Shown here piece after piece: positions 9,127-16,961 of a DNA stretch of 19,362 nt. The DNA is from Campylobacterota bacterium (lineage in GTDB: Bacteria > Campylobacterota > Campylobacteria > Campylobacterales > Arcobacteraceae). A model generated the notes under the pieces. The model was given only the letters and a program-made list of their open reading frames with translations, was not told where the DNA came from and did not search any database. The stretch lies in contig JBNJFB010000046.1 in NCBI GenBank assembly GCA_051746405.1, forward strand, positions 1 to 19,362, given 5' to 3'. The stretch's first letter is position 1. Each line of letters starts with the position of its first letter. The translations under genes and the position numbers were made by a program.

Positions 9127-10057
9127 TTTCGAGCTTTCTTAGTCTATATTGAATCTCTTCAAGCAGCTTTCTATTGGTGGCTATAAGATCGGATAAAAAA
9201 CCGACCAATATACTCATAAATCCAGATATCATTAAAATAGAAGCTAAAACCAAACTAGGTACATGGGCTCTATCTGTCCCCAAAAAATATAACGCAAGCC
9301 AACGAATACCTAGCAAAAATCCTGCTAAAAATAATACTCCACCAACTATAGCAAAAAACCTTAAAGGCTTATAGGTCATAAATATTCTTATAATAGTTCC
9401 CATAGACTTTTTTACATACATAGGGATGCTACTAAAAAGCCTTGAAGGTCTTAAGTCTGCATTTGTTCGTACGGGAACAGAAGTAATAGCCATATTTTTC
9501 CTACCCGCTTGAATAATGGTTTCTAATGTATAAGTATATTCATTGAAAACATTGAGTTGCATAGCCGCGTCTCTACTAATAGCCCTAAAGCCACTTGGTG
9601 CATCTTGCACTTTTGTACCACTAGCTATCCTAACTACCCAACTTCCAAGTTTTTGTAAAAACTTTTTTACTGGTGAAAAATGTTGTGTTTCTGCTATAGG
9701 TCTTGTCCCTACTACGATATCCGCTTTTTTGTCCAATATAGGCTTTACTAAGTGTTGTATATCATCTGCATTGTATTGATTGTCAGCATCTGTATTGACG
9801 ATGATATCTGCACCTTTTTTTATACATCCATCAAGTCCTGCGATAAACCCTTTAGCCAACCCTTTATTATTTGGAAAATTAATTATGTAATTTACTCCCC
9901 AATTTTTTGCTACCTCTACAGTATTGTCCTGACTCCCATCATTGATAATCAATACTTCTATCTCATCTATACCATCAATATGTTTGGGTAGAGTATCTAG
10001 TGCTATCTCTAAAGTTTCCGCTTCATTATAGCAAGGTATTTGTATTATGAGTTTCAT
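9104..10057 (-). CDS. GT2, DPM/polyprenol-phosphate glycosyltransferase-like (GtrB-like) with two C-terminal TM helices
   Basis: MKLIIQIPCYNEA, INDGSQDNT, NKGLAKGF, IIVNTDADNQY, ADIVVGTR, DAPSGFRA; two C-terminal hydrophobic helices; AAGGA RBS upstream. Confidence 0.9.
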   Translation of the reverse strand: MKLIIQIPCYNEAETLEIALDTLPKHIDGIDEIEVLIINDGSQDNTVEVAKNWGVNYIINFPNNKGLAKGFIAGLDGCIKKGADIIVNTDADNQYNADDIQHLVKPILDKKADIVVGTRPIAETQHFSPVKKFLQKLGSWVVRIASGTKVQDAPSGFRAISRDAAMQLNVFNEYTYTLETIIQAGRKNMAITSVPVRTNADLRPSRLFSSIPMYVKKSMGTIIRIFMTYKPLRFFAIVGGVLFLAGFLLGIRWLALYFLGTDRAHVPSLVLASILMISGFMSILVGFLSDLIATNRKLLEEIQYRLRKLENEKNDSK

Positions 10058-10095
10058 TAAGCTGTGTCCTTTTTTGTATATTTTTTATAAATGCC

Positions 10096-10125
10096 ATTTA
10101 ATATTAAATCTCTTTATTATACTTA
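10096..10125 (-). promoter_or_regulatory. Possible internal sigma70-type promoter (-10 TATAAT) with an adjacent 14-bp palindrome
   Basis: In the largest intergenic gap (10058-10128), the minus strand reads TTAAGTATAAT (TATAAT at 10121-10116), followed by the perfect palindrome ATTTAATATTAAAT (10096-10109). The context is AT-rich, so specificity is low. Confidence 0.35.
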
Positions 10126-10128
10126 ATT

Positions 10129-11091
10129 TTAAATCCTTAAGGTAGCCTTCACTCCTACCGTCTTTTTATTTTTCACAAAAACACTAGGAACTATAACTTT
10201 TGCAGCTTTTTTAGCGCCCACTACCAAAACCATCTTGCAAAAACTTATCAAAGAAATATTTTCTTTTATTCTATACGCCATACCCACATTAAACTCTTGC
10301 AGGTAGCTATTTAAAAACTTCATTCTCTCTCTTTGCAAATATGCATTATAAAAATTTAAATAAAACTCTTTTCCATACATCTCTTCTAAGTCATCTTTCC
10401 ATATTAAAAGTGAGCTTTTTATTCCATTTATTCTTTTGTCATAGTTTGTCGTCATTCTTTCTTGTTTTGCGTTTGCATTGGGTATGCTTAGTGCTTTTGA
10501 TATGCACTTGATTTTGACATCGCTTTTAGACAGTTGTATCCACAGGTCGTGATCTACTCCACTTTTTATATTTTCATTGTAGCCATTTACTCGCCTTAGA
10601 CTTGAAACTATATAAAACTGAGAAGCCACAGGAGGGGTGAAACCATTTTGTAGATATGCTTTTAGCTCTCCTTCGTATGTGGGTATCATATCTATCTGGG
10701 TTCCCAAAAGATTTTTATACTGCCCACCACAACAAAAGCACCAATTCTCATCATACTTTTCAGCCACATTCACAAACTCTTCAACAAACTCAGGCATCCA
10801 CTCATCATCATCATCACAAAATGTGAAATACTTTCCTTTTGAGTTAATTATTGCACTGTTTCTCCCTGCTGCCAAGCCTTTGTTATCTTCATGTCTAATA
10901 TATCGTACTCTATTATCTAATTCTAAAAGTTCATTTTCTACCAATTCTTTTGTGCCATCTGTTGAGTGGTCATCTACTATGATTACTTCTATGTTTTTGT
11001 AAGTTTGATTGAGCACTGACTTTAAGGTCAAAGGTAAAAGTTCTTTTCTATTGTATGTGGTGATACAGATTGAAACTAAATTATCTTGCAA
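10129..11091 (-). CDS. Glycosyltransferase family 2
   Basis: LVSICITTYNR, SVLNQTYKNIEVIIVDDHSTDGT, NKGLAAGRN, FTFCDDDDEW; TTG start overlapping the upstream stop. Confidence 0.92.
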   Translation of the reverse strand: MQDNLVSICITTYNRKELLPLTLKSVLNQTYKNIEVIIVDDHSTDGTKELVENELLELDNRVRYIRHEDNKGLAAGRNSAIINSKGKYFTFCDDDDEWMPEFVEEFVNVAEKYDENWCFCCGGQYKNLLGTQIDMIPTYEGELKAYLQNGFTPPVASQFYIVSSLRRVNGYNENIKSGVDHDLWIQLSKSDVKIKCISKALSIPNANAKQERMTTNYDKRINGIKSSLLIWKDDLEEMYGKEFYLNFYNAYLQRERMKFLNSYLQEFNVGMAYRIKENISLISFCKMVLVVGAKKAAKVIVPSVFVKNKKTVGVKATLRI

Positions 11092-11821
11092 AAAGTCTCC
11101 CTACCTTTCTAACTATAATATCAAAATATGAAATATATTTTGAATACAAAGTATAATTTAAACCATCATTTTCTTTCGTGATATATTTTTCTAACTTATC
11201 TAAATTTGGAAATTTATTTTCCCACTTTTTTGGATTCTTAGTAGCAATATAAAATAAATACATAGACTCTGAAAATCCTGTTGTTGTTTCTCTATAAATA
11301 ACAGTTAAATCATTTTCCTCAAAAAGTTTATCTATTGCAAAAGGGGTAAATCTCCAGTAGTCTTTATATCCTCTTGCATAATCATGAATTCTTTGAAATT
11401 GAGGCACAACGAATATAACTATATCATTTGAAAGGCTACACAAGTTTCTAAATGCTGTAAAAACATCAAAAATATGTTCAAATACGGTGTGATTATAAAC
11501 TACATCAAATCTATTCAAGTATTCTTCTGGCATATCTTTTTCGAGATCTAAAAATATCATATCTGTTTTATCCAAATTATATTTAGTTTCATCTAGTGGA
11601 TAGTTTGAAACCGTATAGCTTTTTGCATTTATAAAATAATCTTTGTATCTCTTTCCATTATCATAATTCCCAAAATAATAATCTTTTAAACTACACTCTT
11701 TATCACTATCACTTGAGCCTGAGACATTAATAATATCACCTTCAAAAAGATGTGCAAATCGCTTTAATATTTTATTTGTACGAATTCTTGGCTTTCTAAA
11801 TATTCCTTCAGTTATTATCAT
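11081..11821 (-). CDS. Class I SAM-dependent methyltransferase-like protein
   Basis: IINVSG (degenerate motif I), FLDLE, FDVVYNHTVFEHIFD, IFVVP...H....DYWRFTP: pattern typical of Methyltransf_11-like proteins in glycan loci. Confidence 0.7.
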   Translation of the reverse strand: MIITEGIFRKPRIRTNKILKRFAHLFEGDIINVSGSSDSDKECSLKDYYFGNYDNGKRYKDYFINAKSYTVSNYPLDETKYNLDKTDMIFLDLEKDMPEEYLNRFDVVYNHTVFEHIFDVFTAFRNLCSLSNDIVIFVVPQFQRIHDYARGYKDYWRFTPFAIDKLFEENDLTVIYRETTTGFSESMYLFYIATKNPKKWENKFPNLDKLEKYITKENDGLNYTLYSKYISYFDIIVRKVGRLFAR

Positions 11822-11822
11822 T

Positions 11823-12632
11823 TTAAAATTTTCCTTTAATATACTTATAAACTACCATCACTAAACTTTTTAATCTAAAAAATAAGGCTTCAGGATATAA
11901 TAAATAATATTTAAAATATTTTTTAAGATTAATACAATGCGACTTCATCGATATCTTTAAAGATTTTTCAGTTATTTGAAATGTCATCCTATCCCCACCA
12001 TACTCATGTATCCCCGTAGTTACATCCTCCATAAAACAGACATCATACCCATACTTTACAATACACATACGGTAAAAGTCACTATCTATTCCTCTTGGAA
12101 GATTTGTATCAAACCCACCGACTTTTTCTATAACGCTTCTTTTTGTCATTACCGTTGGTGTATACATAATTCCATTTCTACTTAATATATGGCTTTTTAA
12201 ATTCTTTGGCTTTTGTATAATTTTGTCTTCAAAACTATTTTCATCACTGTATAGTCTCACACTAGTACTAATAAGTGCTAACTTCTCATCATCACTATTT
12301 TCAAATATTTTTACTTGTTTTTTAATCTTATCCTTATCCATCCACTCATCATCATCATCCATAAATGCTATATATTCACCAAGTGAATTTTTCCATGCTG
12401 TATTTCTAGCTGTTGGTAGTTTCTGATTTGTTTCATGTTTTATATATTTTATACGACTATCTTTTTGTTGATACTCTTTTACAACTTCAGTTGTATTGTC
12501 ACTGGAACAATCATCGACTATAATTACTTCCATATTATCATAGCTTTGACTCAGAACACTATCTAAACATCTTGGAAGCAAATGAGCTCTATTATATGTA
12601 GTTATATTTACACTTACTAGTTTATTGTTCAT
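11823..12632 (-). CDS. Glycosyltransferase family 2
   Basis: LVSVNITTYNR, SVLSQSYDNMEVIIVDDCSSDNT, ARN, YIAFMDDDDEW, VGGFD. Confidence 0.92.
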   Translation of the reverse strand: MNNKLVSVNITTYNRAHLLPRCLDSVLSQSYDNMEVIIVDDCSSDNTTEVVKEYQQKDSRIKYIKHETNQKLPTARNTAWKNSLGEYIAFMDDDDEWMDKDKIKKQVKIFENSDDEKLALISTSVRLYSDENSFEDKIIQKPKNLKSHILSRNGIMYTPTVMTKRSVIEKVGGFDTNLPRGIDSDFYRMCIVKYGYDVCFMEDVTTGIHEYGGDRMTFQITEKSLKISMKSHCINLKKYFKYYLLYPEALFFRLKSLVMVVYKYIKGKF

Positions 12633-13410
12633 TTTCTGTCTCCAAATACTTTACACCTGCAAGCTCTATCAAGAAATTTTTAAAATCATTATGTTTACTA
12701 TCTATACTCACTCTTGCCACTTTTCTTTTATCCAAGTCATTGTCTCCATTTGTTCTATCTTTAAAACCTAGTGTATAGTTTTCTTCTACAGTTTTTAAGC
12801 ATACATCATCATGCCCGCCACCCGGATATGCAAAATATTTAACTTTTTGGTTTATCTTATCTTGTATTATATCTTTTGACTCTATAATTTCTGCTTTTTT
12901 ATCACTATCGACGAGTGCTTTTAGGCTTGCATGGCTTTTACTATGTGCTCCTAAAGTTGCTAGAAGCTCATCATTTAACTTTTCTACCTCATCCCATGAC
13001 ATAAAAGTTTGATTGTCGTTTAAGATAAAATCAGTTGTTAAAAATATCGTAAAAGGAAAATTATAATCTTTTAAAATAGGATATGCCACTTCATAGTTGT
13101 CTCTATATCCATCATCAAAAGTTATTACAACTATTGGTTTATTGGTATCATGTTTTTTATTCTCATATAAAATTTCATAAGCTACATTTACTGGTACTAC
13201 CTCAAAATACTTTTTCAAAAACTCCATCTGCTTTTCAAACTGCTCCTTAGGAGTTATGTATCCATAGCCAGTCGTTTTCAAAGGCGTAGAGTGATACATA
13301 AAAAATACCACTCCTCTTTTTTGTCCTATTTTTTTTACAAAGTAGCTAATTGGCAACAGTTGATATAACTTTTTTATCACTCTTTGAATAACTTTTTGAA
13401 TCAAACTCAC
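12622..13410 (-). CDS. Polysaccharide deacetylase (CE4/NodB-like, IcaB/PgaB type)
   Basis: FMYH, motif 1 ITFDDGY, motif 2 GAHSKSH, motif 3 FAYPGG, C-terminal ARVSI; GTG start (GTGA overlap). Confidence 0.92.
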   Translation of the reverse strand: MSLIQKVIQRVIKKLYQLLPISYFVKKIGQKRGVVFFMYHSTPLKTTGYGYITPKEQFEKQMEFLKKYFEVVPVNVAYEILYENKKHDTNKPIVVITFDDGYRDNYEVAYPILKDYNFPFTIFLTTDFILNDNQTFMSWDEVEKLNDELLATLGAHSKSHASLKALVDSDKKAEIIESKDIIQDKINQKVKYFAYPGGGHDDVCLKTVEENYTLGFKDRTNGDNDLDKRKVARVSIDSKHNDFKNFLIELAGVKYLETENEQ

Positions 13411-14414
13411 GCTCTTCCTATCAGTTTTTTTATAAAAATTCTCAAACTCTTTTTAGCACTTAACATATAATTATATCTTCCTCTATAAAGCTCTTGCAGA
13501 GTTTCTAAAAAACTTCTTTCTATATCGACTTTATACGGATAACCAAACTCCTGCATCGTCTCTTTTATCTGTACATAACATTTTTCATACTCTTCATCAC
13601 TAAGCTTTTTTACTTGATGCTTTTCTGGAAATGCTCTTGGGATAGTTATAGCTTTGTTTAAAGCCTTTTTATCATCTTCTATGTCTAAAAATTCTGCTAT
13701 CTTTGATATCTCTTTTGCTGGATAAAAAACTATATCTTCGTATTTGACTTCTAATCTATTCTTTGATTTTATATTTTGAAACCCCTTATCAGTTTCTAAA
13801 ATAACATTTTCCCAAAATTGTAATGCTTGATTTATTGAAATTTTTTCATTTGAGTAGTTAACTTGCACCCCTTTATACATCATGCGATCTAAATCTTTTG
13901 GTTTTACTTGTCCATTAATGTTTTTTACAAATCCTTCATGTCCTAGCATAGAGTGAGCACTGTCAACTCCATCTCTCATAAGATGTATTATCTTAGCATC
14001 AGGCCAAATTTTAATTATGATATCGAGGTTTGTTCCATAATGTGGTGTTTTATCCCCAAAGATAAAATCTTTCCCGTACAAAAACTCAAAAAATGCTTCT
14101 GTATAGTCTTTGATATTACCAACGATTTTTTCTTTTTTCACATATTCACCAAAATCACTTTTATAAGTATCTAAACATCTTTGAGAGCTTCCTAATATAA
14201 CATCTACCCATTTGTGTCCACTAGCACCATAAATATTATCAAATACTTCGAAAAAATCATTACAACTTATCTCTTCAAGTTTATACTTATCATACAAAGT
14301 AACAATAAAGTGTGTTTCAGGAAGTATTATTACATCATTCCATACATTTAAAATATTTCTAAGCATTTGTGTGCCACATCGGCCTGTGCCTACTATAAAA
14401 AATAGCTTATTCAT
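13407..14414 (-). CDS. Sulfotransferase family protein
   Basis: FFIVGTGRCGTQ, PETHF, FGDKTP, WPDAKIIHLMRDGVDSAHS, VKYEDIV..P; RBS AAGGTG upstream. Confidence 0.9.
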   Translation of the reverse strand: MNKLFFIVGTGRCGTQMLRNILNVWNDVIILPETHFIVTLYDKYKLEEISCNDFFEVFDNIYGASGHKWVDVILGSSQRCLDTYKSDFGEYVKKEKIVGNIKDYTEAFFEFLYGKDFIFGDKTPHYGTNLDIIIKIWPDAKIIHLMRDGVDSAHSMLGHEGFVKNINGQVKPKDLDRMMYKGVQVNYSNEKISINQALQFWENVILETDKGFQNIKSKNRLEVKYEDIVFYPAKEISKIAEFLDIEDDKKALNKAITIPRAFPEKHQVKKLSDEEYEKCYVQIKETMQEFGYPYKVDIERSFLETLQELYRGRYNYMLSAKKSLRIFIKKLIGRA

Positions 14415-14464
14415 TATTCACCTTATTACCATAACAATATAATAATATCTCAGATGTTATTTGT

Positions 14465-15331
14465 CTAAACATACAATTTCCAATCTTCCAAATTCCAACC
14501 TGTTATTTTTTCAAGTTCTTCAATATCATGAATAGTTTTTTTCTTAATATATTCAATACTATTATTATCTAATAGTTTTTTTGTATTTTGTGTTGTATTT
14601 AATTTTTTTATACTATTTTTAATTTTATCTTTTGTATCCCTTGAAAAAAACTTTGAACATACTTTAGCAAATTGATTTTGATAAATATTATTTAACCATC
14701 TATATTTTATATACTTTCTTTCATTCTTATTTGATTTTTTTTCTTCATAGTTAAAATTAGATGTACCTAAAAAAGAATGTATTTCTTTAAAACCCTTTTG
14801 TTTATTTTTCATAAAGTCTTCAAATTTTAGTATTAAGATTTGTTCTCTTGGGAAATATTTAAAATACTCTTTTAACTGTTTGGCATAAAGTCCTCTACTT
14901 ACATAGCTATAAGCTCTTAAGCTAAATGCATCCTTGTTAATTCTAAAGTCTTCTTCTTGCAATGCCTTTTCAAATGATAGGTTTTCTACTCCATCACGTA
15001 CATTATGAAGATAATGAGACTCAGCTCTAACTATTGGGTTTCGAAGAATAAATATAAGTTTAAGATTAGGATTTAACTCATACATCATTTTTGGAACATG
15101 ACTATAAAAAATATACCTTGGTGATGCTTCTCCTTTAATTTGATATTCTAAAGCATCATTAAAGAGCTCTAAATACTTCCCTTTATCAAAATCTTTGGTA
15201 GCTGAAGTATTGTAAAAATTAATCTCTTTTTTTTCAGGAACAAAAATATTAGGGTGTTGTTTCAATATACTCCAAATATAGGTAGTTCCAGACTTTTGTG
15301 CTCCTGCAACTATAAAATTTGGTTTATTCAT
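14465..15331 (-). CDS. Sulfotransferase, heparan-sulfate sulfotransferase-like subfamily
   Basis: PNFIVAGAQKSGTT, QHPNI, KEINFY, GEASPRY, KLIFILRNPIVRAESHY, YVSRGLYAKQL..YF..FPREQILIL. Confidence 0.92.
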   Translation of the reverse strand: MNKPNFIVAGAQKSGTTYIWSILKQHPNIFVPEKKEINFYNTSATKDFDKGKYLELFNDALEYQIKGEASPRYIFYSHVPKMMYELNPNLKLIFILRNPIVRAESHYLHNVRDGVENLSFEKALQEEDFRINKDAFSLRAYSYVSRGLYAKQLKEYFKYFPREQILILKFEDFMKNKQKGFKEIHSFLGTSNFNYEEKKSNKNERKYIKYRWLNNIYQNQFAKVCSKFFSRDTKDKIKNSIKKLNTTQNTKKLLDNNSIEYIKKKTIHDIEELEKITGWNLEDWKLYV

Positions 15332-16254
15332 AACTTAACCTTCATAATTAACTTATAAATATATGATAGCACCTTGATTTTTAAAGAGTATTTTCTCATA
15401 TATACTAACTTATCTGAATTATGAACTATTTTAATAGCATTTGGGTGTTCTAGAGGAAAACTTAATTCTTCTGCTTTAGGTAAATGAACGAATGGATTTT
15501 TAAATTTAGTTCTAGTTGCATCACTTCTTATTCCAATATTTTCTACTAAGCACTTATTTGGAACTATACAGTATGAATTATGACTTTTGTAAAAATTATA
15601 ATAAAAAACAAAATCCCAATCCCAACCTTTTATTTCTCCATTTTTTAGTTTATTTAAAAAACTCTCTATAATTTTAAATCTTTTAATAAAAGAGAATCTC
15701 TTTTGAATTCTCTCTCTAGTTGCAATATTATTCCACTCTTTAATATTCGGATCAAAAGAATTCCATGTTCTTTTCCATGTTGCAAAGCCTAACATAGATA
15801 CGATATGACTATTAAAATGATAACTACCTGGTTGTTTTTCTGATACTCCTATATTTTTATCACCAGATAATATCGCAAAAATGTTTTGATTATTTTTATA
15901 TTTTTCTAACATTTCATTCGCAAAATATAAAAATGATTTTGATGGTAAATCATCATCTTCTAAGAAGATTGCTCTATCTGTGTTTTCAAATACCCAGCTA
16001 ATACCATTAATCATATTCCAAGGACCTCCAAGGTTTTTCTCGGAATATCTCTTATGTATTTTACAATCCCAATCAATTGCATTTTCAATAATCTCTCTTG
16101 TTTGTAAGCAAAGTTCTTTTTCTCCATCAACACTCTCTCTTGGACCATCTGCTATAAGAAATATATCTTTAGGCTCAACTTGCCTTACAACATCTAATAT
16201 TCTCAGTACGGTATCGTATCTTTTAAAAATAAATATAACTATTGGGGTATTCAT
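15328..16254 (-). CDS. GT-A fold nucleotide-diphospho-sugar transferase ('HlpA-like' family)
   Basis: TPIVIFIFKR, FLIADGPR, IDWDC, KNLG, ISWVFE, AIFLEDDDLP, GFATWKRTW, WDW, IVPNKCLVENIG...AT.T. Confidence 0.8.
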   Translation of the reverse strand: MNTPIVIFIFKRYDTVLRILDVVRQVEPKDIFLIADGPRESVDGEKELCLQTREIIENAIDWDCKIHKRYSEKNLGGPWNMINGISWVFENTDRAIFLEDDDLPSKSFLYFANEMLEKYKNNQNIFAILSGDKNIGVSEKQPGSYHFNSHIVSMLGFATWKRTWNSFDPNIKEWNNIATRERIQKRFSFIKRFKIIESFLNKLKNGEIKGWDWDFVFYYNFYKSHNSYCIVPNKCLVENIGIRSDATRTKFKNPFVHLPKAEELSFPLEHPNAIKIVHNSDKLVYMRKYSLKIKVLSYIYKLIMKVKL

Positions 16255-16952
16255 TTACAAAACCTCTTATTAAAATAAGTTTCTTCAATAAAGAACAGAG
16301 TATTAACAGTTTTAGAAGTAAAGATATAACCTTTGTTTTTCAGCCATAAAACTATTGATTCATTATTTAAAATTGATTCTATATTTCTATTTTCTAAAAC
16401 TTCTAAAAGTATTGCCTTTGGTCTATGATTATTAAAATTATTAGTTTTCAAAACTGAAATATCAACTCCTTCTATGTCAATAGATAAAAAAGTAATTTCA
16501 ATATTATTTGGTAAATACTCTTTATATATCTCATCTAATGTTCTTGTTTTCATTTCTACAGTTCCAATTAATTCAGTACTATAATTTTCAACTCTATACT
16601 CTGCAACTTCTTTATCTATTGTATTAAATGCATGATCAGTAAATTGATAATAAGTAATATCTTTTGGTTCATCACTTATTGCACATTCTATATTAATGTC
16701 ATGTGGACGATATTTATCAAATAATCTTTTTGTACCAGGCATAGCATCGATGTTTATTCCTCTCCATCCATGTTTATAAAAAAGATATGTATTAGAAAAT
16801 CGCTTAGGATGATGTGAGCCAATATCTACAAAAAAACCTTTATCTTTTAATCCAAATATCCTTTTTAAAACCATATCTTCACCTTCTTGTGAATATGAGC
16901 GGGTAAAATGTCCTATATTATTTTTAATGATCTCTTTTACTTTTTTTAACAT
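16251..16952 (-). CDS. FkbM family (Methyltransf_21) methyltransferase
   Basis: SYSQEGED, GFFVDIGSHHP.RFSNTY.FY..GWRGINIDA, RPHDINIECAIS, FLSIDIEGVD, RPKAILLE. Confidence 0.92.
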   Translation of the reverse strand: MLKKVKEIIKNNIGHFTRSYSQEGEDMVLKRIFGLKDKGFFVDIGSHHPKRFSNTYLFYKHGWRGINIDAMPGTKRLFDKYRPHDINIECAISDEPKDITYYQFTDHAFNTIDKEVAEYRVENYSTELIGTVEMKTRTLDEIYKEYLPNNIEITFLSIDIEGVDISVLKTNNFNNHRPKAILLEVLENRNIESILNNESIVLWLKNKGYIFTSKTVNTLFFIEETYFNKRFCK

Positions 16953-16961
16953 TTGATTCCT

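Noticed and set aside
10801..12360. (TCA)n repeats near 10801-10815 and 12346-12359
   Set aside because: They simply encode the DDDDE motif of the two GT2 enzymes.
858..15234. A/T homopolymer runs of about 8 nt (near 858, 3076, 6801, 8374, 14735, 15227) as phase-variation tracts
   Set aside because: Expected in AT-rich Lys/Phe codons; all frames are intact and no long poly-G/C tract was seen.
15328..16254. 'Hemolysin' interpretation of the HlpA-like gene
   Set aside because: GT-A motifs (ADGPR, EDD, NIG) and context indicate a glycosyltransferase; the family name is not evidence of toxin function.
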